A DNA stretch of 64,000 nt from Candidatus Microgenomatus sp. (GTDB lineage: Bacteria > Patescibacteriota > Microgenomatia > UBA8517): assembly GCA_020724585.1 (NCBI GenBank), contig DYGS01000001.1:219139-283138 (forward strand), written 5' to 3'. A program made the position numbers and the translations under genes. Positions within the stretch are counted from its first letter, which is position 1. The number at the start of each line of letters is the position of its first letter. This document shows, piece after piece, positions 18,865 through 28,673 of the stretch. Under the pieces are notes generated by a model. It was not told the DNA's origin. It searched no databases and saw only the letters and a list, made by a program, of their open reading frames with translations.

Positions 18865-20006
18865 GAATATTTTTTGCCATTTTTATCGCAGTAATTGCTT
18901 TCCTCTTAAACTTTTTGAACCGCGGCGTATATGCTCAGGAATGCAGTGGAGATTTAGAGTCAAGAATTGCATGTTATGAATCAAACATAGTAAAACTTAA
19001 AGAATCTTCAAAAACTCTATCAAATCAAATTGCTCAATTTGATGCACAAATTAGGTTAACTACGCTAAAAATTTCTCAAACTGAAGCAAAAATAAATTTA
19101 TTAAGCGGTAGAATCGATCAATTAACAGGATCACTTGAATCGTTAAATAATGCTTTTAATAAAAGGGTCGTCGAGACTTATAAAATGGCAAGGATGGGAA
19201 GTCCTCTTGCTCTTGCTTTTTCCCAATCCAGCTTATCTGAGGTTTTTTCCACCTACTCATATTTGAAAAAAATTCAGGATGCTGACAGAAATCTTCTTGT
19301 GAGACTTCAAAAAGCGCAAGATGCATATGAAGAAGAAAAACTTGACCAGGAAGATTTGCAAAGACAGCTGGAAGAACAAAAGAAAAATTTAGATAATCAA
19401 AAGGCCGCAAAAGCTTATTTTTTAGCAGCGACTAAAAATGACGAAAAGAAATATCAGCAGTTGTTGGCACAGGCAAGGGCAGAATATGAAGCTATTCAGG
19501 CTATTATTGCTGGTCGTGGAACAGAGACCGAAGTAGGAAATGTTAACGAAGGTCAGAAGATTGCAACTATTATCCAAGGTGCGTCGTGCAATTCTGGCGG
19601 AACCCACCTCCATTTTATTGTAAGAAAGCAGAATAATTCGACTGAAAATCCATTTAATTACCTTCGCGGAGGAATTGATTTTGAAAATTGTTCTGGTTCA
19701 TCGTGTGGAAGCTCAGACGGTGATTTATTTAACCCTAGTGGTTCTTGGAATTGGCCTGTGCAACCCAAAATTAAATTTACTCAAGGTTATGGAAATACTT
19801 GGGCCATCAAAAATACTTGGGTAGGGAGAATTTATAATTTTCATAACGGTATAGATATAAATAGCTTATCTTCAAGCGAAGTAAAGGCGGTAAGGGCGGG
19901 GAAACTTTATCAAGGCAGTTATAATGTTGGATGCAAGTTGAAATATGTAAGAGTTGATCATGACGATAGTGACCTAGACACTCTATATTTACATATAAAT
20001 TATTAA
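18861..20006 (+). CDS. EnvC-like coiled-coil protein with M23 (LytM) peptidase-related domain
   Basis: Signal/TM, about 200 aa of coiled coil, then M23-like segments (GGTHLHFIV...NPFNYL; FHNGIDI; LYLHINY) in an unusual order. Confidence 0.7.
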   Translation: MRIFFAIFIAVIAFLLNFLNRGVYAQECSGDLESRIACYESNIVKLKESSKTLSNQIAQFDAQIRLTTLKISQTEAKINLLSGRIDQLTGSLESLNNAFNKRVVETYKMARMGSPLALAFSQSSLSEVFSTYSYLKKIQDADRNLLVRLQKAQDAYEEEKLDQEDLQRQLEEQKKNLDNQKAAKAYFLAATKNDEKKYQQLLAQARAEYEAIQAIIAGRGTETEVGNVNEGQKIATIIQGASCNSGGTHLHFIVRKQNNSTENPFNYLRGGIDFENCSGSSCGSSDGDLFNPSGSWNWPVQPKIKFTQGYGNTWAIKNTWVGRIYNFHNGIDINSLSSSEVKAVRAGKLYQGSYNVGCKLKYVRVDHDDSDLDTLYLHINY

Positions 20007-20080
20007 ATCTACAACAAGTACAAACCAAAACGCCACTCTTTTTATGCGAGATCTAAGTCGTTTTATCTCGAAATGACCAT

Positions 20081-20106
20081 GTATCGATGTTTTAATACAT
20101 CGGTAC
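20081..20106. repeat. 26-bp palindrome GTATCGATGTTTTAATACATCG(G/A)TAC, copy 1 (upstream of the yerC-like gene)
   Basis: Perfect inverted arms GTATCGATGT/ACATCGATAC; a second copy lies at 20604-20629. Confidence 0.6.
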
Positions 20107-20153
20107 AAAAAGATTGCAGACAATTTAAAACTGAATGTGATACAGTTAAATAA

Positions 20154-20594
20154 ATGACACAAGTCTCAAAATATAGACTTTCGGAAGAAATTAAAAAACA
20201 AATTGAAGATTTATTTTTTCAAACGATCGCTTCCCTAACTTCAAAAGAGAAGGTAAAAGAATTTTTTGATGAATTTTTGACGAAGAATGAAAAAGTTATG
20301 TTTTCAAAAAGACTGGCAATTGGTATTTTTCTTGCCAGAGGCCATGAGTATAGAGAGATATCGAGAGTACTTAAGGTAAGTACTTCAACAATTACATCAT
20401 TTGCGGCAATTTACAAACTTGAATCAAATTACAAAAGAATAGTGGATAGAGTGAATAAAAATATAGAGAGTAAGAAAAATATTTTAGAAATTGCAGAATC
20501 GATTGCTTCTATTGGTGCAGTAGGCGGTGCCAAATCTGCGGGTTGGTTTGAAACGAGAAATGAAATTAGAAAAAGGAAGAATAAATTGCTTTAA
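20154..20594 (+). CDS. YerC/YecD (TrpR-like) family DNA-binding protein
   Basis: LTSKEKVKEFFDEFL...RLAIGIFLARGHEYREISRVLKVSTSTITS matches the TrpR-like YerC family architecture. Confidence 0.65.
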   Translation: MTQVSKYRLSEEIKKQIEDLFFQTIASLTSKEKVKEFFDEFLTKNEKVMFSKRLAIGIFLARGHEYREISRVLKVSTSTITSFAAIYKLESNYKRIVDRVNKNIESKKNILEIAESIASIGAVGGAKSAGWFETRNEIRKRKNKLL

Positions 20595-20603
20595 GCTGTT
20601 TTT

Positions 20604-20629
20604 GTATCGATGTTTTAATACATCGATAC
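20604..20629. repeat. 26-bp palindrome copy 2 (downstream of the yerC-like gene, in the 5' region of the next gene)
   Basis: One mismatch to copy 1; 523 bp apart. Confidence 0.6.
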
Positions 20630-20637
20630 TGGTGGTA

Positions 20638-21423
20638 ATGTTGTTTATTTTATTTACAAAAGATATAGCAGCTGCGAGAAAAATCACCATAAGTTCTGAT
20701 AAATCATCCCTAAAAGGAGATGAAGAATCAATAATTACAGTTCAGTTGTTAGACTTTGTTTCTGGCGAATCAATATATATAAAGGGAGCTTTCTATCATG
20801 AATTGACCCCAACAAATTATTTTGGGTTGACATTAAAGGATACAAGTTGGATAAAAAATAGTCAGCAAACCACAGATCAGCTATCAGTCGTAATTGACCA
20901 ATGGAATGGACAGTTAAAAATAAGAAGTGATTTTTTAGATTCAGGGTACAAAGGTGAAGGGGATTATAAATTTAAAGTTGGTTTTTACTATACCACTACA
21001 GGCGGAAATTTATCGTCAATTAACTGGTCAGAGAATATTTTAAGCTATATTATTAACGAGCCGGATCCAACTCCATCTCCAACAGTTGCTCCAACGATTG
21101 CTGCAACAGTCACCGCAACAGCAACACCCACCATTTCTCCGACCAAAACACCTACTCCAAAACCTACTCCCACCAAGACATCAACAGCAACTCCAAGCCC
21201 GACTGAGGAATCTCGTGAAACAGATGAGCCCGTAAGTTTCATAACCGATACAGATATTAAACTCGTTAAGGATTCACCAACAGGTATTGTTGCGGGTGCT
21301 AAGGATGCGAAGAAAACACCGATCTTGGCTATTTTTTTAATTGTTGCCGGTCTTGGATTCTTGGGATATGTGGGTTATATGATATATAATCAAAGACATG
21401 CAAATGATCAAAAAGAAGTTTAA
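20638..21423 (+). CDS. secreted/surface protein with Thr/Pro-rich linker and C-terminal TM anchor
   Basis: PTPSPTVAPTIAATVTATATPTISPTKTPTPKPTPTKTSTATPSPTEE linker and a C-terminal hydrophobic helix. The track start at 20527 overlaps the regulator gene, so ATG at 20638 is preferred. Confidence 0.5.
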   Translation: MLFILFTKDIAAARKITISSDKSSLKGDEESIITVQLLDFVSGESIYIKGAFYHELTPTNYFGLTLKDTSWIKNSQQTTDQLSVVIDQWNGQLKIRSDFLDSGYKGEGDYKFKVGFYYTTTGGNLSSINWSENILSYIINEPDPTPSPTVAPTIAATVTATATPTISPTKTPTPKPTPTKTSTATPSPTEESRETDEPVSFITDTDIKLVKDSPTGIVAGAKDAKKTPILAIFLIVAGLGFLGYVGYMIYNQRHANDQKEV

Positions 21424-21814
21424 TAATTGGTATCCGGTTGTTCTTTGGGCTATGGTGATTTTTTTCTTTTCAAGTCTTCCAACTATTGTGACAACTAAGT
21501 TTTTTCTTTGGGACTTTTTATTTAAAAAAAGTGCCCATTTTGTAGAGTATGCGATCCTTGCGACTTTAACTTACAGAGCTTTTTTGAAAGAGAAAGTAAA
21601 AAATCAAAGAGCAATATTTTTTGCAGTTATATTCTCATTTATCTATGCAATAACGGATGAGTACCATCAGTCTTTTGTTCCAGGTCGCGGACCTGCTGTC
21701 CGCGATATAATAATTGATACGCTTGGGGCCATTTTTGCAACTTACGGCCTTATTCTTAACAAAAGCAAACTCCCGATCTCTTTACAAAACATGTATAATA
21801 AATTTATATTATGA
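21398..21814 (+). CDS. VanZ-like family membrane protein
   Basis: HFVEYAILATL...AITDEYHQSFVPGR(G) matches the VanZ signature; four TM helices. Confidence 0.7.
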   Translation: MQMIKKKFNNWYPVVLWAMVIFFFSSLPTIVTTKFFLWDFLFKKSAHFVEYAILATLTYRAFLKEKVKNQRAIFFAVIFSFIYAITDEYHQSFVPGRGPAVRDIIIDTLGAIFATYGLILNKSKLPISLQNMYNKFIL

Positions 21815-22572
21815 AAAAGTTGTTGTACGGCCTTATCTCTAGTTTGTTTTTGCTATCTGTTGTTGCTTCAGATGCTTTAGCTAGCCACTCTTGGGGAAAT
21901 TACCATTGGGCAAGAATAGCAAATCCCTTTACTTTGAAATTCGGTGATAATTTATCGTCAGCCTGGAAGCCTTATTTAGCGACAACTACTAATGATTGGA
22001 ATCAATCGTCTGTTTTGGAGGCTCAAACAGAAGCTGGACAATCTGGAAAAAACTGTTCATCAACAACTGGCCGTGTTGAAGTTTGCAACAAGAAATATGG
22101 CAATAATGGTTGGTTGGGGATAGCTCAAATTTGGGTGAGCGGCGATCACATAACAAAAGGTGTTGTAAAAGTAAATGACACTTATTTCAACACTGCAAAG
22201 TACAACAAACCTGAATGGAGGAATTTAGTAATGTGTCAGGAGGTTGGACACACATTAGGGCTTGACCATCAAGATGAAAAATTTGATAATCCAAATCTTG
22301 GATCGTGCATGGACTACACAAGTAATCCCGATTCAAATCAACATCCCAACACTCATGATTATGAACAGCTCGAAGTAATTTATTCTCATCTTGATTCATT
22401 TTCAACCATAGGTGCATTGGCCGTTAAAAATTTTGGCCAATATTTAACTGAAAACCTTGAGAATCCGAATGAATGGGGTCAAAAAATAAAAGATAATGGA
22501 GCAATTGCAGAATATGAAAGACGACTTCCGACTGGTCTAAAGCTTCACACTTTTGTTATCTGGGCAAATTAA
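21811..22572 (+). CDS. secreted metzincin-like protein (QExxHxxGxxH variant)
   Basis: Signal peptide; QEVGHTLGLDH aligns to matrixin HEFGHSLGLSH but with Gln at the first His; Met-containing segment SCMDY downstream. Confidence 0.5.
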   Translation: MKKLLYGLISSLFLLSVVASDALASHSWGNYHWARIANPFTLKFGDNLSSAWKPYLATTTNDWNQSSVLEAQTEAGQSGKNCSSTTGRVEVCNKKYGNNGWLGIAQIWVSGDHITKGVVKVNDTYFNTAKYNKPEWRNLVMCQEVGHTLGLDHQDEKFDNPNLGSCMDYTSNPDSNQHPNTHDYEQLEVIYSHLDSFSTIGALAVKNFGQYLTENLENPNEWGQKIKDNGAIAEYERRLPTGLKLHTFVIWAN

Positions 22573-23138
22573 TGAAAAAAATTGCAAATATTTTAATTTT
22601 TGCTTCAACAGTTTTACTATTGGTTATTTTTTGGCCGGTAGCTAAAGAAGAAACAAAATATCAAATAAATCAGACTTTTCAAAAAAGAGTTGAAGTAACT
22701 CCGCCTAACAGAGATTTTTCTATAGTCATCCCAAAAATCGGGGCCAGCCAAAAAATAATTAGAAATGTTGATCCATATAACAAGGCAGAATTTTTAAAAG
22801 CATTAAAAAATGGAGTTGCTCATGCTAAAAATACTTCATTCCCCGACAAAAACGGAAATATATATCTTTTTGCGCACTCAACCGACGCTTTTTATAATGT
22901 TTTAAATTATAATGCAGTTTTTTATCTTATAGGTAAACTTGAAAAGGACGACGAAATAAAATTATATTACCAAGATAATGAATATCGCTATAAAGTTATC
23001 GAAAAAAAGATTGTATCGGCCAGTGATACTTATTATTTAACGAGAAAAACACAAGATAATATTCTAACTCTACAAACATGCTATCCACCCGGAACAACAC
23101 TTAAAAGACTTATAGTCGTTGCAAAAGTTGACAAGTAG
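22572..23138 (+). CDS. sortase (transpeptidase)
   Basis: N-terminal TM; LFAHST catalytic His region; ILTLQTCYP matches the TLxTC active-site Cys motif; Arg in LKRLIVVAKV. Confidence 0.8.
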   Translation: MKKIANILIFASTVLLLVIFWPVAKEETKYQINQTFQKRVEVTPPNRDFSIVIPKIGASQKIIRNVDPYNKAEFLKALKNGVAHAKNTSFPDKNGNIYLFAHSTDAFYNVLNYNAVFYLIGKLEKDDEIKLYYQDNEYRYKVIEKKIVSASDTYYLTRKTQDNILTLQTCYPPGTTLKRLIVVAKVDK

Positions 23139-23158
23139 TAGTAAAATCGCCCAAAAGG

Positions 23159-26100
23159 ATGAAAAAAATTTGGTTTGGGCTATCGCTGTTTTCAATTCTG
23201 ATAAATTCCTTGTTTGTACCGGTTACCGCCGTTGCACAGGAATTTTCTCCATCGCCAGAACCGACGCCAGTAGTTGAGGAATCTCCAACTCCAGAGACTG
23301 TTGCGACTGAAACATCGCAACTGACCGAAACACCAACACCCGAGCCCACAAACAGCGCACAACCAACCGAAATACCGTCAGAAACAGTAGAACCAACTAC
23401 TCAATCCACAGAAAGTGCAGTAACAGAAAACAGCCAGACAACAACTGAAACATCAACGCCAACTTCAACACCTGTTATAACAACTGACAAAGATGACTAT
23501 CATCCAGGGGAAACAGCAACGATTACGGGACATTTTTTTGAGTCATTGCAAAACCTTGTTTTGAAAGTTTTTGGCGGGACAGTAGAAGAAGGCAATTACA
23601 AAGAAGATAGCTACAATGTAACAACTGATGTTTTGGGAAGTTTTATTTTTCAATATGTTTTGGATAATGTCTTCAGACCACTTTATTCGGTTGAAGTTTC
23701 AGATTCCCAAGATACCAAACTCGCCGAAACCACCTTCACTGATAGTCCTCTTTGTCAAAATGATGTCGAGGGGGCGAACGATTTACCAGGACAAAAGGAT
23801 TTAACAAGAATGTGTGCGGATTATGCCGCACTCCCAACAACTCTTAGTATTGACTGGAACTGGGATGATTCTGCTTGGTCTGGAGGTAATACAGGCGATG
23901 GATGTGCGCTTTTTGATACTGATGACGATGGAGATGTTAATTACGCACTATGTATCACCGTAGGAGGAAATCCTGCGGCGTTTATATCAAAACAACTTTA
24001 TTCGTGTAATGATACTAAGTCAGATCGATGTGCCGGAAAAGTTGCTATTTCATCGAGTGCATCAACAACTTGTACCGCTTCTATACAAAGTACGGATCCA
24101 TTTCCTCTTGGATCTAGCTTCCCCAGTGACACAACTGGTAGTTGCACGATTTTAATGTCTGATATTTCATCAACGACCGTAGACCTTGTTGATGTTTGTT
24201 CTTATCCCTCTAATGAACCAAATTCCGATCCGTCCGATTGTATAGTTGCAACACAACAACATACAGCAAAGTTGGAAATTGTTAAAGATCTCATTCCATC
24301 TAGTGATCCTGGATTGTTCAATTTGCAAATTGATGGTTCGACATTAGTTAGTAATGTTTCAGACAATGGGACAACAGGGGAAATTGTAGTTTTAGCCTCT
24401 GGTGGTTCTGGAACTGCGCATACATTTTCAGAGACAGCGGGTATAGGGACTAGTTTAAGTAATTATACGACCACTGTCCAGTGTAGGGATAATAACGGAT
24501 CGGGTTCAGTTATTTCTACAACTGGAAGTAATCCCTGGACGATAAATATTGTTAAAGATAAAGACATTGTTTGCACAATTACAAACACAAGAATAAATAA
24601 TGCATCGTTAACAATTGTTAAAGATGCGGTTCCAAACGATGCACAGGATTTTTCGTTTACTACAACTGGCACAGGATTATCTAATTTCACACTAGATGAT
24701 GATAGTGATAACACACTTTCTAATACGAAGGTATTTAGCAATCTTGCCTCTGGTATATATTCGGTTTCTGAAACAGCGGTTGCTGGTTGGGACCAAACAA
24801 GCGCAACATGTACAGATGGAAGTACATTAAATTCCATTAACTTGTCACCAGGGGAAAATGTTACATGTACAATTACAAACTCGAGGTTGCCAAAACTTAC
24901 AGTTGTTAAACAAGTCATAAATGATAATGGAGGTACAAAACAAATTTCTGATTTTCCACTTTTTGTAAATGGAAGTTCTGTTACAAGCGGCACAACAAAT
25001 ATTTATTCAACTGGATCATATGTTGTTTCAGAAACAACCGATAATGGTTATACTGCTACTTTTTTAGGAGATTGCGATGCGCAAGGCAATGTTTCTTTAA
25101 GTTACGGAGATGATAAAACATGTACTATCACAAACAATGATAAACCGGGACATTTGATTGTATATAAAGTTACTGTTCCAAATAACACGCAAGAAGTGTT
25201 TACAATTACACCAACAGGTTTGTCATCAGATACTGTTGCAACAGGCAGCCCAAGAGACTTCACGGTAAACGCAGGAATATATAGTGTTATTGAAACTGCA
25301 AAAACAGGATGGGAGGAAACCGGGAATACTTGCAGCAATATTACAGTTGCAAATGGGGAGACAAAAGAATGTACGATAACGAATACTCAAAAGGGTAAAA
25401 TCATTGTTAAAAAGGAAACATTACCCGATGGAGATTCCCAAAGTTTTGAATTTGTAGCCAACTACAGTTCAAACTTTAATTTAAGCGATGGACAGCAAAA
25501 TGATAGTGATTATTTATCACCCTCAATTTATTCAGTTTCTGAAAATGTACCTTCAGGTTGGGATTTAACATCAGCTACTTGTGATGATGGCAGTTCAATC
25601 AATCGAATTGAACTAGGCGCAGGCGAGATAGTTACTTGTACTTTCAATAACACAAAAAGAGGCAGTATTTTTGGGTACAAGTATGAGGATTTAAATGGGA
25701 ACGGAACAAACGATAACGATTGGATCCCTGTATTAGGCTGGACGATTGAATTATGGCAAGGACAAACAAAACTTGAACAAACCTCTACAGATGCAAGTGG
25801 TTATTATTCATTCACAAATCTAATTCAGGGTGTTTATTCAGTCGTTGAACAAATGCTATCAGGATGGGACAATGCCACAGCCGATAGCCTGAATATTAGT
25901 TTGACTGCAGGTGAAAACGATGGACCAAATAATTTTGTTAATTTTGAAAAAGCTACTATAGTGGTCCATAAAGATGTGGTTAATCCTGACGGAGGCCAAA
26001 CAGTTGATAATACTTCTTTTAAAGTCAAGTTGAATGGTAGTGATGAAAAAACAATTTCAGAAGATACAACTGCAACATATTCAGATCTAGTTCCGGGGTC

Positions 26101-27772
26101 TTATACAATTACAGAGAGTTTTGTTCCAAGTGGGTATGAATTAGTATCATTGACAGACGGTGGAATAGTAAATATTCAAAGCGGCGAAACACACCATGTT
26201 TATGTAGTTAATAAACAAAATCCAGCAAAATTAACTGTTATTAAAAATGTTATTAATAACAACGGTGGAGCGCTTGGTGCTGATGATTTTACAATGACGG
26301 TTGCTGGTAATAATCCTTCAGATACATCTTTTGCAGGATCAGAAACAGGTGTAACAATTGATTTATATGCAGGGAATTATTCAGTCGATGAAATTGAAAT
26401 TTCAGGTTATACGAAGTCATTATCAACAGATTGTAGCGGCACAATAAATTGGGGTGAAGAAAAAACTTGCACAATTACTAACACGAGAGACATGGGAGAG
26501 ATAATAATTAAGAAAGTTATTGATGAAGACGGCGATTTGAATACAATTAATGATCAAATTTTGGCTTCAGGGTGGGAGATTAATGTCGATGGATTAAGCG
26601 GTGATGTTGATGATCCTGCATCAGGCAGTACAGATTCAAACGGAGAATATAAAACAGGTAAAATCAAAACGGGCGTATATAGTGCTAGTGAAACAAGTCA
26701 GTCTGGATTTGATTTTGTTTCCGCTGTCTGTTCTGACCAAAGTCCAATAAATAATATAACTCTGGGTAAAGACGAGACAATAACTTGTATATTCTACAAC
26801 ACCCCAAATGGGACAATTCATGGCTATAAATGGAATGATTTAAATGGAGATGGTGTTAGCGATCTAGGTGAGAACAGATTGGGTGGATGGACTATAAATT
26901 TGTATGGCTGGGACGAAGAAGATAAGGATTACACTAATCTAGTAAAATCAACAGTTACAGATTCAAATCCCGGGATTGATTTTGGCTGGTATTGGTTCAC
27001 TCACATTTACCCTGGAGATTATAAAGTCTGTGAGGTCAATCAAAATGGTTGGCAGCAGACATATCCAACAAATAACAACGGTTGTCATCTTGTTTCTATT
27101 CCTGATACTAATCCAAACAATTTTGAATTATTGGAAAATTTTGTAGAAGTTAGCCCTGTTTATAACTTCGGCAACATGGAAGATGATCCGGAAGTTGAAA
27201 TTGAGAAGTCCAACAGTGCTTTAACTTCAGTTAATATAAATAGTGAGGTCACCTACACGCTTCTCGTCAAAAATACGGGAAATGTCAATTTAACCGATCT
27301 GAAAGTGTATGACGCAATTCCTGGAGGATTTGAATATGTGTTGGGGTCGAGTTATTTGAATGGCTTTCTACATTCCGATCCGAATGTCTTTGGTGGGCTT
27401 CTTTCGTGGAATATTGGAAATTTAGGTAAAGGTGAAAATGCAGAGATTGTATATAAACTAAAAGTTGGAGACTCTGTTTTGGGGGGCGGTTCATACGATA
27501 ATTTTGCAACTTGCGAGGCTTATTATACTACAATTGCTTCAAATGAACTTTTAAGAGTTGAACTGGATCAATTTACTCGAAATAAAATAGAATGTAATAT
27601 TGCCAGCTCTAAAGTGTTGATTAGTACATCAAATAGTTACGGAGGAAGCCTAACTGGTCAGGTATTGGGAGCATCAACGGAGCTTCCCGCAACAGGCAAT
27701 CCATCGTGGGCATTGGCTTTTGCACTGTTAGGCTTGGCAGGAGGATTAATTTTAAAAAAGAAATATGTCTAA
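23159..27772 (+). CDS. giant sortase-anchored surface adhesin (1537 aa) with multiple Ig-like/Cna-B/SdrD-B-like and DUF11-like repeats and an LPATG sorting signal
   Basis: Signal peptide; Thr/Pro-rich stalk; repeated C-T-I-T-N repeat ends; GYKYEDLNGNG...TDASGYYSF SdrD-B-like modules; C-terminal LPATGN plus hydrophobic stretch plus KKKYV. Confidence 0.85.
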   Translation: MKKIWFGLSLFSILINSLFVPVTAVAQEFSPSPEPTPVVEESPTPETVATETSQLTETPTPEPTNSAQPTEIPSETVEPTTQSTESAVTENSQTTTETSTPTSTPVITTDKDDYHPGETATITGHFFESLQNLVLKVFGGTVEEGNYKEDSYNVTTDVLGSFIFQYVLDNVFRPLYSVEVSDSQDTKLAETTFTDSPLCQNDVEGANDLPGQKDLTRMCADYAALPTTLSIDWNWDDSAWSGGNTGDGCALFDTDDDGDVNYALCITVGGNPAAFISKQLYSCNDTKSDRCAGKVAISSSASTTCTASIQSTDPFPLGSSFPSDTTGSCTILMSDISSTTVDLVDVCSYPSNEPNSDPSDCIVATQQHTAKLEIVKDLIPSSDPGLFNLQIDGSTLVSNVSDNGTTGEIVVLASGGSGTAHTFSETAGIGTSLSNYTTTVQCRDNNGSGSVISTTGSNPWTINIVKDKDIVCTITNTRINNASLTIVKDAVPNDAQDFSFTTTGTGLSNFTLDDDSDNTLSNTKVFSNLASGIYSVSETAVAGWDQTSATCTDGSTLNSINLSPGENVTCTITNSRLPKLTVVKQVINDNGGTKQISDFPLFVNGSSVTSGTTNIYSTGSYVVSETTDNGYTATFLGDCDAQGNVSLSYGDDKTCTITNNDKPGHLIVYKVTVPNNTQEVFTITPTGLSSDTVATGSPRDFTVNAGIYSVIETAKTGWEETGNTCSNITVANGETKECTITNTQKGKIIVKKETLPDGDSQSFEFVANYSSNFNLSDGQQNDSDYLSPSIYSVSENVPSGWDLTSATCDDGSSINRIELGAGEIVTCTFNNTKRGSIFGYKYEDLNGNGTNDNDWIPVLGWTIELWQGQTKLEQTSTDASGYYSFTNLIQGVYSVVEQMLSGWDNATADSLNISLTAGENDGPNNFVNFEKATIVVHKDVVNPDGGQTVDNTSFKVKLNGSDEKTISEDTTATYSDLVPGSYTITESFVPSGYELVSLTDGGIVNIQSGETHHVYVVNKQNPAKLTVIKNVINNNGGALGADDFTMTVAGNNPSDTSFAGSETGVTIDLYAGNYSVDEIEISGYTKSLSTDCSGTINWGEEKTCTITNTRDMGEIIIKKVIDEDGDLNTINDQILASGWEINVDGLSGDVDDPASGSTDSNGEYKTGKIKTGVYSASETSQSGFDFVSAVCSDQSPINNITLGKDETITCIFYNTPNGTIHGYKWNDLNGDGVSDLGENRLGGWTINLYGWDEEDKDYTNLVKSTVTDSNPGIDFGWYWFTHIYPGDYKVCEVNQNGWQQTYPTNNNGCHLVSIPDTNPNNFELLENFVEVSPVYNFGNMEDDPEVEIEKSNSALTSVNINSEVTYTLLVKNTGNVNLTDLKVYDAIPGGFEYVLGSSYLNGFLHSDPNVFGGLLSWNIGNLGKGENAEIVYKLKVGDSVLGGGSYDNFATCEAYYTTIASNELLRVELDQFTRNKIECNIASSKVLISTSNSYGGSLTGQVLGASTELPATGNPSWALAFALLGLAGGLILKKKYV

Positions 27773-28658
27773 ATTATTAACAGTATTAATTATACTTGGC
27801 TCGTTTTTATTTAGTGTTTTGGATGTTTTGGCGATTGAGCCCAGAATCTCCATTTCAAAACTACCAAGTTATATAAATAATGATAATTTCAAATTATCTT
27901 GTAGCGCCATTGGCGGCACCAATGTTCAATTTTCCTACAAAAAAGAAGGAGGGAGCTATCAAGATTTTGGCAGTGTAAATATTACAAGCAATCCATGCCA
28001 AATCCAGGTTACCGGCAGTCAAGTTAATGAACAGACAAAATATTATTTTAAAGTTACTTTAGATGGAAGCGTTTTTGATGAAACGGTCGCTATTTATGAT
28101 GTTTCAGGGCCATCTCCCGTGTCCGGATTTAGAATAGATAACGGTGATAACAATACTGTTATTATTCACTGGAGAAACCCCAATAATGAGGATTTTAGTA
28201 AAGTGATTATTTATCGGGGTGAAACAGCAGATTTTTCGGCAGATAGCAATCATGAAATAGCAACTGTTTTAGGGTCGCCAGATTCAGAGATGACTTATTC
28301 AGTGAATGTTGATTCATTAAAACTTTATTATGCAATAAGGGCTATTGATAAAGCAGGCAACTCATCAAGCCTTGTGGGTAATGGAGGCAGTATTTCAACC
28401 ACAGCAACTGTTTCTGCCAAACCTTCTAGCGGTCGAAATGAGACTGTAACAGCACTACCTAAAGAAGGAAGCGTCTTGGCTGAGGAAACATCCGTCCCTG
28501 AACCTTCTTCGCTTGATTTGAGAGAAAAAGAGGGATTAGTCAATAATTTAAGAGATTTGGTTTCTGATAATCCAAAAATCTCTCTTTACCTTGGCCTGGC
28601 CTTAGTTTTATTGGGAATTGTGATCTACTTTATTCGAACAAAAAAGAAAATCCGCTAA
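27765..28658 (+). CDS. secreted FN3-like domain protein with C-terminal TM anchor
   Basis: Signal peptide, beta-rich region (GFRIDNGDNNTVIIHWRNPNNEDF...YRGE), C-terminal LYLGLALVLLGIVIYFIRTKKKIR. Confidence 0.5.
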   Translation: MSKLLTVLIILGSFLFSVLDVLAIEPRISISKLPSYINNDNFKLSCSAIGGTNVQFSYKKEGGSYQDFGSVNITSNPCQIQVTGSQVNEQTKYYFKVTLDGSVFDETVAIYDVSGPSPVSGFRIDNGDNNTVIIHWRNPNNEDFSKVIIYRGETADFSADSNHEIATVLGSPDSEMTYSVNVDSLKLYYAIRAIDKAGNSSSLVGNGGSISTTATVSAKPSSGRNETVTALPKEGSVLAEETSVPEPSSLDLREKEGLVNNLRDLVSDNPKISLYLGLALVLLGIVIYFIRTKKKIR

Positions 28659-28673
28659 AATATGCTAATATAA

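Noticed and set aside
27765-28658. Second sortase substrate (pilin-like) next to the giant adhesin
   Set aside because: The C-terminus has a TM helix and KKK tail but no LPXTG/LAXTG pentapeptide, so it was called a TM-anchored surface protein only.
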